Below the pieces are notes generated by a model. That model did not search any database, had not been told where the DNA came from, and worked only from the letters and a program-made list of their open reading frames with translations. This document shows positions 1 to 13,710 of a stretch of 64,000 nucleotides of DNA, piece after piece. The translations under genes were made by a program, and so were the position numbers. The stretch is from Octopus vulgaris. Taxonomy: Eukaryota. The stretch spans positions 64,604,001 to 64,668,000 of the forward strand of contig OX597815.1 in the NCBI GenBank assembly GCA_951406725.2. The letters run 5' to 3'. Position 1 is the first letter of the stretch. Each line of letters begins with the position of its first letter.

Positions 1-161
1 GTATATGTATATAGATATATATGTTTGTATATATGTAAATATATGTATGTATCTTTATGCATACGTGCACGTATATTTTTATATACATATATATGTATAT
101 GTATGTGCGAACGTATGTATGTATGTATTCTTAATCTCGTAATTTTGTTTCAATTTTCTAG

Positions 162-286
162 AATCCTTGGCAGGATATATATCGGTGATAGTAGGTGGAC
201 TACAAAATTATTCAAGTTACAAAATTCTTCAATTTATAAAATTCAAGTATTTTCAGACACGACTGTCATCCAGATTCTTAAATATG
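162..286 (+). CDS. Candidate exon of a divergent classical (non-chordate type) cadherin: ILGRIYIGDSRWTTKLFK...IQILKY
   Basis: ttttctAG acceptor and G|gtatgt donor, open frame. Peptide resembles the IGRVYV.D.DDW motif I recall from the last cadherin repeat of insect N-cadherin (recollection, not a search). Confidence 0.45.
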
Positions 287-575
287 GTATGTGTTGAGCT
301 CATATTTCATACATACATTTTCTTCAGAAGAAATTTTTAAATAAGAAACACGATCTCTTAGGTTCTTCGAATTTAGCACTTTTAGTTTTAAAAAAAATAT
401 TGTCCATTTTAATGTATCAAGATCTCTAACATTGTTACACATAATATATATTTAATATATGCGTCGTCTATAGATGAGTGTATTATATTTATATCAGAAT
501 CACATTTTCTTAAATTTCACCAACACTTTGATTTTTCAACTGTTAAAATTGTATAATCTTTTCATATAGCTTTAA

Positions 576-626
<51 letters not shown>

Positions 627-793
627 CGTGCGCGCGTGCGTGCGTGCGTGCATGCGTGCGTGCGTGCATTCGTGCGTGCGTGCATGCGTGCGTGCATGCG
701 TGCGTGCATGCGTGCGTGCATGCGTGCGTGCATGCGTGCATGCATGCGTGCGTGCGTGCCTGCCTGCATGCGTTCGTGCGTGCATGTATGTAT

Positions 794-870
794 GTACGTA
801 TATTGTAAAGTTTATGAACAAAGACAAGAATAAAGACAACGCGGGATGGACAGTTATGAACAAGTATTGT
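794..870 (+). pseudogene. Candidate cadherin exon (G)TYIVKFMNKD...NKYC; acceptor reads AT instead of AG
   Basis: Phase matches exon 162-286; strong gtgagt donor at 871; no AG at 792-793 (nearest AG 809-810 gives a different phase). Confidence 0.3.
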
Positions 871-1235
871 GTGAGTTAAACGTTTAGAAAAGAAAGGAAA
901 TGACCTCAACGTTTCGGACACTAGTACTTCATCAAAGGAGAAGTATAGAAGAAAAGTAAATGAAGCGTGCGAGAGGGAAATAGTAATGGGAGGGGGGAGG
1001 GCCTAAAAATGAAAGAAAAGTAAGGAGAAAAGGGATAAAGGAGACGTATGTTCGTATAAAGATCCAAAGAGTGCAGTTTTCTACTAGGGTTTGTCCAATA
1101 TACTGTTATTCTACAGATTCTATATAAGTATATATCTTTAATTACCATTTTCTTTTTCATCTCTCCTTCATATTTAAAGAAACATGAATAAAGGATTTTA
1201 AAAAAAACTGAGTTAAACAGAAGTTAAAATATTTA

Positions 1236-2493
1236 TCAGGTTGAGTAAAAAGTAAGCAACGTTTTGAACCATGAATTATACTGAATTTATACTGAATTTT
1301 TGTAGAATTTTGAATTTTTAAAAAACTTTTTTGCAATTGTCTGACAATACAGACATAGACTTGCCCAAATGCATCAATAAATTAACATAATTTTTTTTAA
1401 ACGTTATTACAATCATCTGAAATGGAACTATCAAAGCGCGATATTCGAGCAATATTGCTATTCAACTTCAAAAAAGCAGCTGAAACTACTCGCGATACCA
1501 ACGAAACATTTGGTGAGGAAATGACCAGTGAGTGGTCAGCTCAAAAATAGTTTAAACGATTTTGCAATGGGGACTTGAGCCTTGAAGATCGTGAGCGTAG
1601 TGGACGCCCATCTATCATTGCTGTCGGTCAATTAAAGACTCATGGAGAAAGATCCACGTAAAAGCACTCGAGAACTGGCAAAAGAACTTCGAGTTAACAA
1701 GAAAACTACCTGCAACCATTTGCATGCGATCGGAAAATCAAAAGGCTCGACTAATGAGTACCACACAATTTCATTGAAAATCAGAAAATGCGCAGATATG
1801 AAATTTGTTCGTCGCTTTTTCTCCATAACCAAACTGATCCATTTCTCGACCGTATTATAACTGACGATGAAAAGTGGCTTCTGTACAGTAATAAAAAAAC
1901 GTTCAACCAAAATGAAATACTGAAAACCTTCCCTAAACTCGAGCTCTTCAAAAAGGTTATGGTGACTGCTTGGTGGTGTATTGCTGGACTCATCCACTAT
2001 AACCTTAAAACCAGGAAAAACCATTAATACAGAAACATATTGCCATGAAATTGCCAAAATGAACGAAATACTGCTATTCCTCCGTCCCAGACTGGTCTGT
2101 AAAAGAGGGCCAATAAGTCTTCCTGACAATGCTCGACTGTACGTATCACTAATGACGCTCCATAAGTTGGGGGAACTTGGCTACGAAGTTCTTCCCCACC
2201 CAGCTTATTCTCCAGACCTTTCTCCTACCAACTACCACTTTTTCAAGCACCTTTGTGGTTTCCTGCAAGAGAAGGAGTTCAAAAATCAAACTGATGCTGT
2301 AAGTGCGTTCAAAGAGTTCATCAGCTCCAGAACTTCAGACTTTTATGTTACCGGAATAAACAAACTTGTAACTCGTTGGCAAAAATGTGTTGATTGTAAT
2401 GGTACTTACTTTTGAATAAAATTTCCTCATTGTTGAAATATATTGTCATGAATTTCATGTTTCAAAACGTTGCTTACTTTTTACTCAGCGTGA
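1236..2493 (+). mobile_element. Full-length mariner (DD34D) transposon, decayed
   Basis: About 33-bp TIRs tcaggttgagtaaaaagtaagcaacgttttgaa / ttcaaaacgttgcttactttttactcagcgtga, TA on both sides (1234-1235, 2494-2495), 1258 bp. Confidence 0.95.
1422..2415 (+). pseudogene. Mariner transposase, frameshifted
   Basis: MELSKRDIR start; ITDDEKW, DNAR and HPAYSPDLSPTNYHFF motifs split across frames. Confidence 0.93.
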
Positions 2494-3476
2494 TAGTACA
2501 GAGTTGAAAATATTTACTGTGGAACATAAGAATACATCATACAGTGATGATATTTAGCTGGGTGACCAATATTATTTTAAAGGTTTTGTTCAATCCGGGA
2601 GAGAAATTCTAACATGTTTTGCTGTTATTGAACTTTCTCAGCAAAGCATGAACTTCGCGGTACTTGCCGAAATTGTATTATGAAATTTGCCATTTCGGAT
2701 TACTTTGCAGTTGCCTGAATAAGCACAGCATATTACAAATTAGTTAAGAAAAAATATTGATTGTAATTACTCACAAACACCATCTACATGAAACATATTG
2801 AATGTAATGGGCATCAGCAATCTAATTAGAATATGAAAGAAAACGGAAGAGAAGAATATCTCAATGTCTAATAATTTTTTAATCATTTTCACAAGCAGGA
2901 GAAATAACTCCAAGCACGTTTCGGTCTTATGAGATACACCTTGATGTATAATTAACTGCAGTTCAACTCTTGGTGAAAACCAAAAATTTCTCGCGTGCTG
3001 GTAAATGCATTATGACAGATGGCAGGATCTTTGGACCCTCATTAGAGTCAGGTAAACTAGGCAATATTGCTTTCGACTCATATACTCTGTCCATCTACAC
3101 CCTGTCCGAAATACTCTGTCCAACTATTCAAACTGTCAATCTCCTCAATCAGCATGGTACCATTCTTTGCTCAGAGACCTCATTTATCTTCTGATGCACT
3201 TTGTATCCTACAGGAAATTGCTTTTCAATTACATCACACTATTCATTCAGGCAAGTCTTTTTAGCTTCCTTACACATCCGTTCAGTCAATCCAAATCCCA
3301 ATACTCGTTGGATTTCCTGTTCCTGATCATCTGTCTTTTATTCGTCATTGAAAGTATCTCCTCAGTTACCAATTACATATTTTTTTCTTTTCTTTTGGCA
3401 GGATTTCCTGGGATGTTTCTACTAAGGTGTTTCTCATTACTTCTCACGCAAAATCTGCATTCTCAAAATTATATAG

Positions 3477-3955
3477 CATCTTGAGAAACCGTACTCTGAG
3501 CATCGATATCAAGATGCGTATATTGAACTCTTATGCCTACCCTTTTGTATGGAAGTATAACATGGTCTTTAATATTAGAAATAAGAAGGTGCTTGGAGAG
3601 CTGTGAAATGTGGCTCTTAAGGAGAATATTGAGGATAGCATGAACAGAGTGTCTAATGAAAAAGTGATGACCTGGTCTGTGATAAATAGGGTACTGTTTC
3701 GTGAAAAAAGGCCAAGAAACTGAAATTAATTGGTCGTGTAATGATGAAAGAAGGCCCGGAGAATTTAGCGATGACCAGAAAGATTGAAAGGAAAAAAAGC
3801 AGAGGAAGGAGAAGGATGATATGGATGTCAAACTTGACAAACTGGTTGGAAGAAAGAGACATTAAACATCAGGAAGTGGAACTGTTACAGAATTCAAAGA
3901 ACATAGAATTGTGACAGGGCATTTTCGCCTCTCTCATTCTGGACATAGCACCTAA
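3477..3955 (+). mobile_element. Decayed RTE-type LINE 3' fragment
   Basis: LESCEMWLLRRILRIA, GRVM and KIERKKSRGRRRMIWM match RTE ORF C-terminal motifs. Confidence 0.7.
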
Positions 3956-4208
3956 AGAGGGAAATGCATGAATGTCACAACATTATATAGTGCCATCATA
4001 ATATTATGCCAGTCTGAAATTAACAGTGGTATAAATAAAGTCTATAAAAATGAATGAAATTACTGATTCAAATTATAATGTGAAAAATTATAACAGTTTT
4101 GCTTATTCACCTCATGCTTAGAATTTTTTCTTTGGTGTATTATTTCGTGGTTAAAATTTTATTTTTACAAGATTTATATAAATTGTGTTTTTTTTTTATC
4201 ATACACAG

Positions 4209-4495
4209 ACGATCGTTTCAGAATATATTGCTCATAAGATTACCATGAAGGCGGTTTCTTATTGACCAAGGTATCGGTATATCGATATCTCGTCACCCGA
4301 TATTATAATGATTGCAATCCAATGGAGGAAATGTTACTTTCAATAAAGATGGCACACACAGAATATGAGATCTCTGTATCTGTAAAAGATGTATCCATAT
4401 TAGGTCCAACAAATGATTTTTTTCCAATAAACTAAGACCGACCTCACGCCATCAAGACTTCGATAGCATCATCAGCAGAGCTGTGAATAAAAAAG
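4209..4495 (+). pseudogene. Candidate cadherin-gene exon, disrupted (YEISVSVKDVS... frameshift ...DFDSIISRAVNKK)
   Basis: cacag acceptor after a T tract, AAG|gtgagt donor in phase 1 (matches exon 19847). Needs a +1 in the T7 run near 4410 and has stops in its 5' part. Confidence 0.25.
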
Positions 4496-4815
4496 GTGAG
4501 TGAATACAGTATTGTTCTGAGGTATATTCAAGTCAGATACGCTCGTTGTCGATTACATTTTGGTGACCAACTACTGTATAACACGAACATCTTTTATAAT
4601 ATTTGTAAACTGATTTGAACAGCATTTATTAAGATACGATGGGAACCACGGATTAATATATACAGTATTTATGAGGTTATTAGTACTGTTCATATTGCTG
4701 CAGCTGTTGATTATTTTTTGGTGCTTTCTTGCCATTGTTTTCCTGTTAGTTTTTTTGTTGTATATAATATATATGTACGCATTTATATATAGTGTATGTG
4801 CGTGTGTATGTGTGT

Positions 4816-4889
<74 letters not shown>

Positions 4890-4893
<4 letters not shown>

Positions 4894-5940
4894 CTACCAC
4901 AACGTATCATCAGCGTATATCAGCTGAAGACGCTGTATGGAAATATTAGTAGAAAGCTCTGGGATAATAGTAACTTTGATCATCAAAACAGCCTATCATG
5001 GACCAAGAACCGGATTACTAACTCCCTAGGAGTTGAAGGGTATGCCTATGCTATCCAGGAACAGGAAATATCAACCAAGTACCTGATGCACGAAAGGGAC
5101 AGAGACGCAAGAAAAGCAGGAAAATGTGACAATCTATGCATACATTTTGATGTTCACACCGAAGATATCACCCACATCATACGCAGTTGTCCGAAAATTA
5201 TCTACCGACGAGACATGATGTTGTTTCTAAGACTGTATAAGGATACCCGACGGAAGGAAAAACCCGGGACCAAAGAAATAGGAACTGACAGTATGGTAGA
5301 TGCCATAGCTACGCGTAATAAAAAGGAGTACGCGTAAAAAAAAGGAGTACGCATAATAAAAGGGAGTATGCGTAATAAAAAGGAATGTTCTAGTGAAAAC
5401 CTCAATAAAATGTTAGCATAATAGACCTGACATAGAGATTTGGGATATAGACGAGAAACTGTGCAGAGTTGTGGAAATCAGCTGCCCAGCAGATGCTAAC
5501 TTAAGGATAAAAATCAGCGAGAAAGAAAATACGCTGAATTATTGAGGAATTCACAGCTACTCTATCCAGATTACAAGTTCAGATTTATACCTGTAATTAT
5601 TGGGACACTTGGTTGTGTAGTACACTGCCTAAATAGCAATCTTGATAAATTAGGCTCTCAAAACCGGAAAGGAGAAAGCTGATTCAAAGACTACAAATCC
5701 GAGCCATTACTGAAACTGTAAAAATCTGTGAAACTTTCCAGAAGTTTATCATTTAAGCATATATTACTATGTCTAGGCATGTAACTATATGCATTAGAAT
5801 ATATACATTAAACAAAACATACAAATCTGCACATAATTACATACAAAAATGCGCTGTTGACGTTGAAATTTCAATGAAAAAGACTTGGATCTAAGTTAGA
5901 AACCGGCTCTTTCCCTATTGGCAAGAAATCTGAGTAATTA
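4890..5940 (+). mobile_element. RLE (R4-like) non-LTR retrotransposon 3' fragment
   Basis: EGYAYAIQEQEI, CCHC knuckle (CDNLC...THIIRSC), HNRPD and FIPVIIGTLG motifs, then a 3' UTR. Confidence 0.8.
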
Positions 5941-5949
5941 TATACATAC

Positions 5950-5980
<31 letters not shown>

Positions 5981-6003
5981 CATACATACATACATACATA
6001 CAT

Positions 6004-6034
<31 letters not shown>

Positions 6035-6088
6035 TGCATACATACACATACACAAACACGCACACGCACACACACCTACACACATATA

Positions 6089-6305
6089 TTTCTTTACTGC
6101 CCACAAGGGGCTAAATATAGAGGGGACAAACAAGGACAGACAAAGGGATTAAGTCGATTACATCGACCCCAGTGCGTAACTGGTACTTTATTTATCGACC
6201 CCGAAAGGATGAAAGGCAAAGTCGACCTCAGCGGAATTTGAACTCAAAACGTAACGACAGACGAAATACCGCTAAGCATTTCGCCCGGCGCGCTAACGTT
6301 TCTGC

Positions 6306-6306
<1 letters not shown>
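6089..6306 (-). mobile_element. SINE copy; related degenerate copies near 8690-8970, 20930-21390 and 22410-22632
   Basis: Shared core tcgaccccgaaaggatgaaaggcaaagtcgac..cggaatttgaactc recurs in the window; gttcaaattc B-box-like motif on the minus strand. Confidence 0.7.
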
Positions 6307-6336
<30 letters not shown>

Positions 6337-6444
6337 CATACATACACACATACATACATAAATATATATATATACACACACACACACATACATACATAAA
6401 TACATGCACACATACATACATACATACATACATACATACATACA

Positions 6445-6475
<31 letters not shown>

Positions 6476-7220
6476 TTCTGCGGAGGACATCACACATATG
6501 AGTTGCAGCTGCCCAAAAATGTCATCAAGGTACTACATCGCTATACGACATGATGTCGCAAAAACAATATACAATCCCGTCTGGAAAAAAGACTGTCTTG
6601 GAATAAATGCAGAGAAAGCCTCCTATTATTGAATACATACGCAAACATCAACACAAAGGATATTGGTAAAATATTGTCTCCGAAACTTTCCTCAAGTGTA
6701 AACATAACAGGTCTGATATTTGTTTTTTTTGGAACACGCAAAAAAAAAGTATGCACTTTAAACATATGCGCAGCTGATATGACTATCGCTTCGAAAATCA
6801 AAGAGAAAGACAAAAACTACGGGCAACTGTATATCCAGATTATAAATATGTATTTATAACAATAATCGGTGCATTTCGTTTTCTGAGTAAATCTGGAAAA
6901 GCTAGAGTTTTCTAGGAAAAGAAATCACCCATTTGATTAGCACATTACACATACAATCTGTAAGTAGAAGAGATAAAGTATGCATAACATTTCTCAGGGT
7001 CAAAATGTGACTTTATTTTTATTTCTGTTCCAATGATGGCTCATTGTATATTTGTTAAAAACCAACTTTTTCTTCAGAGAAAGCTTTCAAATAATTAAAA
7101 AGGAACATACATACATGCATAACATTCGTACACACATACTAATTAAGAACAACAGATAATTAAATAGAAAATAGACTCGGATTACCAGCTTAAAGTTAGT
7201 GAACGTGCTAGTTATATACA

Positions 7221-8253
7221 TCTTTATATATATAAAACTGAGAATGTGTGTGTCTGTCTGTCTGTCTGTGTGCTTCCCTAAAACTTGAGAACTACACAAC
7301 CAATTTCATTCATATTTTACACATGCCTTACTTAGGGTCCGTGTAGTTTCATGGTAAAAAAAAATGGTCAACTTCTTGCCTAGAGCGAGCCCATAGCAAT
7401 ATCATATCTTCTCCACTATTTCAGTATTACGTGTTAAAAGTGAAACAAAAACATTTCTCTATTTTATGTCAGATACTTTCACTTTAACAATAAAAATAAT
7501 AACAATTGAATCATATGTAGTAAGTAATAATTAAAATCAAACTAAAGTATGATATAATCGTAACATAAAAAAAAGGAAAAATAGCAATTGGTATAAAATT
7601 GCATCAATGACTTGAACTTGAATAAGTGGTTTCACATGAATGGGAATAAATTAAAAATAAAATTAGCGTGCAGAAATGGAATAGTCCAGATGGATAATAA
7701 AAAATTAAATTAAAGAAAAGACTATTGTCTATAAAGTATACAATGTAGAGAAAAAAGATTTGAACATATGGAGGAAAGCACCTCCGAAAGTGTCTTGGTG
7801 CGACTATGAAAGTTATCTAATCAGAGGCGGTAAATTCGCCACAATAGATGCAAGGTTCGAGTCAACGGAGCGTGCAAGGGAGTACTCGACTCGAACTTGC
7901 GAAGTGGAAATATTTTATTTTTACCTTTATGTCTGGGACGTCCCGGAAAAAAATTTTTAATGCACCCCCCCCCACCCCCGAAGTAGAGGTAGGCTGGATT
8001 GTAGCCACACTTCTATACAAGAGGGAGGACAACATATAATTGATCGAAATTACAAGAGACGGGCTAACAATTCCAGTCTGTTATATATTTTGAGTATTGT
8101 TATCACTAGCGATATCAAGATATAACTTTGTATTTTGTATTTTATGTGTAGATGTACATGTAATATGTACACATGTAATATGTAATATGTACACATATAT
8201 ATACACATATATACATGCACTATGACCCGGCAACGACGGGTCTTTAATGCTAG
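7221..8253 (+). mobile_element. Non-autonomous Helitron
   Basis: A|TC 5' end, CTAG|T 3' end, subterminal hairpin gacccg-gcaacga-cgggtc (8224-8242), no TSD. Confidence 0.85.
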
Positions 8254-9971
8254 TATATATATATATATATATATGAAGAAAGATTTTCTTAAATTTAAAA
8301 AGTACTGTTTTTATAAAATCTTTAAATACAAACCAGAATAGTACAAACTTTTGGAAGGAAGTTTTTGCTGAGTGTTAAATGCTTTTCTATGCTTTCAGCT
8401 TTTCAAGCACACGTGTTAGAAAGCAATCTGTATAAAGGTAGTTGACTTTAGTAGCGCTGTAAACATTCACAAAAACACAAACAAGTAAACATATATATAT
8501 GTATGTGTATATGCACATTTAGGTATATATTCATATATTTGTGAGGGGTGCATATATACATTTAGGTATATATTCATATATTTGTATGAATGGGTGAACT
8601 TATGATATTAGTGAGACTCTTGAGATATTTATTGTAATAATGATTTGTAGTAAATCAAGGAAAATGTAGAAGGTTAGAACGACACAAACCAGTGAAGAAT
8701 TCTAACGAGTTGCAGTACTTGGTGCAGCTCTTGGAGTGGTTCCAATGTTATGCTTCATGAGGATGATCAGCAGAAGTGGTAGAATGCCATACTAAATCCC
8801 TTACTATATTTAGTTACCTCCCTTTACGTTCTCAGTTAAAATCCCATCGGGTTTGACTTGGCCTTTCATCTCTTCAAGTCAGATAAAATGAAAACCATTA
8901 GCACACTCTGGGATCGATTTAATCAGCTCTATCGATTCGCAACAAATATTTGGCCTTACACAAATATTAGAAATCAATATTTTCATGCTTCGACTCTTAA
9001 TTTATGCTTCGAAATCCTATTCTGTTATTTCCATATAACCTATCTAATTTTCTCCTTAGAATTTTATTTTACGCATCAAACTTTTTGTAGTTCAACATTA
9101 CCATTCTTTCTCATTTTGTTTGTACAACTGACCAATGCCATAGCGTCCAGAGTGAAGTCGTTAACTTCAGGACTCCAACATTATTTGGTACATAGTGGAC
9201 TCTCCTGAAGTAAATAACTGATAGAAATTCCGCAATTTCTTACTGAATAACCTACCTAAATGATTTTTTACAGAGATGAAATGTTTGTCCTGCATATTAG
9301 CTCACTCCCTCAAGCAAATCAATATTGCCTGTATGACATGTAAAGGGACACTGTGTGTTACACATCAGATGTCGAAGTCATAGTAGAGCAACGTGAAATG
9401 AAGTCTTTTGCGCAAGATAACAATGCACTACGCAGTTACATACAAAGCTAATAATAATTTTCTTCTAGAAAATATCGTAGAATATCGGCAGACAATGATA
9501 TGAACCGGTCCTAAGACTGTCTTAAGTGAGCTTAAATGAATTCCATTGAATGAGTTAAGATATGTTTGAATGCGCAGTTTGGCGAATTGTTCTTAGTATG
9601 TTAGTAATCATTACGTCACAGTTTCGAGTTAACTGTCTGAGATTTTAGAAAAATGTAATTTTCTATAGTCTTGGCTCAACCAATGCTTTTTGAGTGAAAT
9701 GGGTATAGAGAACCATCGGACTGAATGCACCATGCATTCAAATTTGTATGTGATGGTTCATGAAAAGCTTCGGCTACAAAATTTATTCCAACGCTTGCAT
9801 TACTCGCCCTCCGATTAGAGTGGAAGATACTTTCATGCAATGAGAATCAATCCAGAATTATATGGTTGCAAAGCAAACCTCTTAACGCTTCTAAGCCTGT
9901 GCCAATAAACACACACACACACATTATATATACATATATATATATGTATGTATATATATATATATATATAT

Positions 9972-10517
9972 AAAATAAATCTCTGAGCGAGAAGTAAACA
10001 ATAGCAGCACGTCATCGTGAAGTATATTTGCCACGTACATGTGATGGACCCATAGGGGACGCTGCTGCTGTTGTTTATAGCCCCAGGAAGACATGTCCTC
10101 CAGATGGCTAACAACACACTGTTTGTGTCTGATTAGTATTTGCGAAGGGAAATCATCGTTCCCATCTCTAGCCTTACGTGATACACACAGACCTGGGTTT
10201 CTGAGAAGTAACCCGTCATCAGTGTGTGATAATCGCCAACTAGTGGTGAAAACTCATTTCAAATGCAAAAGACTATATGCTTTTTCCAGTGATAAACTAT
10301 CGCTGACCTCGAAAAAGGAGAAACAAGCAATATTGAGTCTCTGAACGAGAAGTAAACAGTAGCAGAACGGAATCGTGAAGTATATTTGCAACCTACATGT
10401 GGCAAATACTAATCAGACACTGACAGCATGTCGTTAGCAAGCTGGAGAAGATTCTTCCTGAGGCTATAAACAACATTAGCATCATCCCCAATGGGTCCGC
10501 CACATTTAGGTGGCAAG
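9972..10517 (-). mobile_element. HHR-bearing retrozyme/pLTR-like element: 358-bp unit, partial repeat and 5' inverted arm
   Basis: Direct repeat 9980-10042 ~ 10338-10401; 10402-10517 is an inverted copy of about 10027-10143; (TA)n on both flanks. Confidence 0.8.
10184..10228 (-). ncRNA. Type I hammerhead ribozyme
   Basis: Minus strand: CACACA-CTGATGA-cgggttacttctca-GAAA-CCCAGG-TC^TGTGTG; 6-bp stem I, canonical core. Confidence 0.8.
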
Positions 10518-10539
10518 GTATATATATATATATATATAT

Positions 10540-10768
10540 AATTGAAATTTATAGAAAAATAAAAAATGAAGACAAGTGTATGAGCAACAAGCAGGTGTAA
10601 TAGTCTGATGCTAAGGAAAATGAAAAAGTCTTTTATGTTTTCAGCCTACGCTCTTCAACAGAAAGCAATAAGAGAAAATAAACAGAGAGAGAATCAAAAA
10701 AATTAAAAAGAAAGAGTAAACAAAGAGAGAATGAAAAATAATTATAGATTTCAGCAGTCCAGCATGGG

Positions 10769-10772
<4 letters not shown>
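10540..10772 (-). mobile_element. Short TA-flanked element with a degenerate variant HHR (same family as 60073-60271)
   Basis: Minus strand ctttctgttgaagagcgtaggctgaaaacataaaagac matches 60136-60174. Confidence 0.6.
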
Positions 10773-10813
<41 letters not shown>

Positions 10814-10833
10814 TATATATATATATATATATA

Positions 10834-13265
10834 GATAAGAAAGTTGGTTTGTGAAAGCACGTGGTTGAATATATAGAAAATAGTAAAAAGTGAAAAACTA
10901 CAGAAGGCTTAAAGGTTAAAAAATATATATATTTGCGTCAATATGTCTGAAGAATATTAAAAAAATTTTTCTTACAATGACATAGATTAGAAGAAAGACC
11001 GGTTTCGCGTTTAGCTTTTCAAATTTCGTGCGACGTAATGTTTATCTTGAACAGAGTTATCTTTATGTTTATGTTTAAAAGAGTTCTAAATAAGGGGAGG
11101 TAATGAGTGATTTCTTCCGGTGTAAGGGAGATAATCGCTTAAAATTTTTTTAACATTTTTTCCTTTCCCTTGGTGTGAATTTCTCTGTATCAGTATGTTG
11201 GCACGGTTAAGTCTGGGCTTGTACTTTTCGATGAAGAATGTTTCCTTGTTTAGTCTAATTTGTGTTGATGATCCGATAGCACATTGGTAAAATGGAAAGA
11301 TTAAAAATTGTGGTAGTAGTTGCTTTGCGCATTTCTCAATGTGCTCACTAAAAGGTATCATTCTGTATTCTGGGAATGCAATCTGTTGTCGATGCAGTGT
11401 GCATCTACGTCTGAGTGATAGTCCCGTGGATCCCACGTAGTCTTGGTGGCAGCCCGAGCATTTTATGACATAAATTATGTTTTCAGAGGCACAAGTAAAG
11501 TTAGATTTGATCTTGAATTTCTGTCCCTCTTTAAAGAGGAATTCTGATCCTTCTAGCAGGTTTGGACATGCTGCAGAAGGCAATACAGTTCTGGGCAATA
11601 GTTCTAGAGGCAATACAGTTCTGGCTGGACCAATTTCCGGAAGAAATACCAAAAAGGATCAGTAAAGAATTCATTACTAAATCAATTGAATTCATCCTAC
11701 ATAATAACCACTTAATGTTTGACAATACATTTTACCGTCAAAAATCCGGAATTGCTATGGGTACAAGGGCAGCACCAGTCATTGCGAACCTAACAATGGG
11801 CTACATGGAAATAATCATTTGCCAGGAATCTTTATCAATCTTTGGAAACCCCCTTTCTCAATACATAAAAGAGAATTGGAAACGATTCTTAGACGATTGT
11901 TTTATACTCTGGAATGAAAACACAGATAAACTGCTAAAATTTAAAAACCTATTGAACAGCATAAACCCAAATATACAGTTCACAATGGAATACAACCAAA
12001 AGGAGCTCCCGTTCTTGGATATACTAATTTAAAAAATTAACCTTAAAATAGAAACAGACATTTTTTACAAAGCCACAGACGCCAAACAATACCTTCTTTT
12101 AATTCATGCCACCCAAGACACACTAAAACAAACATCTCCTTCAACCTTGCAAGAAGGATATGCACAATAGTGTAAGAACAAAATACCAGGAACTTTAGAC
12201 TGCAAGAACTCAAAAACACCCTAATTGACAGACATTACCCAGCTCAACTCATAGAGGATGGGATCAGACGTGCAACAGAAATCAACATAGAAACTTTAAG
12301 AAAAGTTCAACACAACAACACACCTTCCCCGAAAATACTACCTTACATATCTACATACAACCCCAGAAACAAAGAAGCCTTCACCATCATCACCCAGAAT
12401 TTACCAATACTTCATGAGGACCCCAAATTAAAGGAAATTCTAAACATACACCAAATCATTAAAAGCTACAAACAACCTAAATCACTTAAAAAGATTCTCA
12501 CAAAGGCAAAATTGTTTTCTGAAATTACGGATGCAAAAGTAAAAAAATGTGGTAGATCGAACTGTGCAACATGTCCAAACCTGCTAGAAGGATCAGAATT
12601 CCTCTTTAAAGAGGGCCAGAAATTCAAGATCAAATCTAACTTTACTTGTACCTCTGAAAACATAATTTATGTCATAAAATGCTCGGGCTGCCACCAAGAC
12701 TACGTGGGATCCACAGGACTATCACTCAGACGTAGATGCACACTGCATCGACAACAGATTGCATTCCCAGAATACAGGATGATACCTTTTAGTGAGCACA
12801 TTGAGAAATGCGCAAAGCAACTACTACCACAATTTTTAATCTTTCCATTTTACCAATGTGCTATCGGATCATCAACACAAATTAGACTAAACAAGGAAAC
12901 ATTCTTCATTGAAAAGTACAAGCCCAGACTTAACCATGCCAACATACTGATACAGAGAAATTCACACCAAGGGAAAGGAAAAAAAAATTTTTAATTTTAA
13001 GCGATTATCTCCCTTACACCGGAAGAAATCACTCATTACCTCCCCTTATTTAGAACTCTTTTAAACATGAATATAAAGATAACTCTGTTCAAGATAAACA
13101 TTACGTCGCACGAAATTTGAAAAGCTAAACGCGAAACCGGTCTTTCTTCTAATCTATGTCATTGTAAGAAAAAAATTTTTTTATATTCTTTAGACATATT
13201 GACGCAAATATATATATTTTTTAACCTTTAAGCCTTCTGTAGTTTTTCACTTTTTACTATTTTCT
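10834..13265 (+). mobile_element. Penelope-like element (Neptune type), 5'-truncated, with an inverted copy of its 3' end upstream
   Basis: RT motifs QKSGIAMGT, RFLDD and LPFLD; CGRSNCATC linker; GIY-YIG NIIYVIKC..C...YVG. 10875-11575 is the reverse complement of about 12565-13265. Confidence 0.93.
11600..12994 (+). pseudogene. PLE RT plus GIY-YIG endonuclease, disrupted
   Basis: ORFs 11562-12032 and 12512-12994, with stops and frameshifts between them. Confidence 0.9.
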
Positions 13266-13283
13266 CTCTCTCTCTCTCTCTCT

Positions 13284-13314
<31 letters not shown>

Positions 13315-13710
13315 GGCGTAGGAGTGGCTGTGTGGTAAGTAGCTTGCGTACGAACCACATGGTTCCGGGTTCAGTCCCACTGCGTGGCACCTTGGGCAAG
13401 TGTCTTCTACTATAGCCTCGGGCCGACTAAAGCCTTGTGAGTGGATTTGGTAGACGGAAACTGAAAGAAGCCCGTCGTATATATGTATATATATGTGTGT
13501 GTGTCTGTCTGTGTTTGTCCCCCCAACATCACTTGACAACCGATGCTGGTGTGTTTATTCCCCGTAACTTAGCGGTTCGGCAAAAGAGACGATAGAATAA
13601 GTACTAGGCTTACAAAGAATAAGTCCTGGGGTCGATTTGCTCGACTAAAAAAAGCGGAGCTCCAGCATGGCCACAGTCAAATGACTGAAACAAGTAAAAG
13701 AGTAAAAGAG
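13315..13710 (+). mobile_element. tRNA-derived SINE
   Basis: A box tggctgtgtgg, B box ggttcagtcc, ccttgggcaagt core, gagtaaaa tail repeats; second copy at 58597-59007. Confidence 0.9.

Noticed and set aside
543-921. Many low-complexity ORFs ([12 protein letters not shown], poly-K, poly-Y) here and throughout
   Set aside because: Translations of (TA)n, (CA)n, (TACA)n, (GAA)n and (ATT)n microsatellites.
5850-5915. HHR-like gaaaccgg in the RLE element 3' UTR
   Set aside because: No acceptable CUGANGA core or stem I.
11086-11652. Independent 188-aa GIY-YIG gene on the minus strand
   Set aside because: It is the inverted duplicate of the PLE 3' end; its N-terminus is antisense RT and junction sequence.
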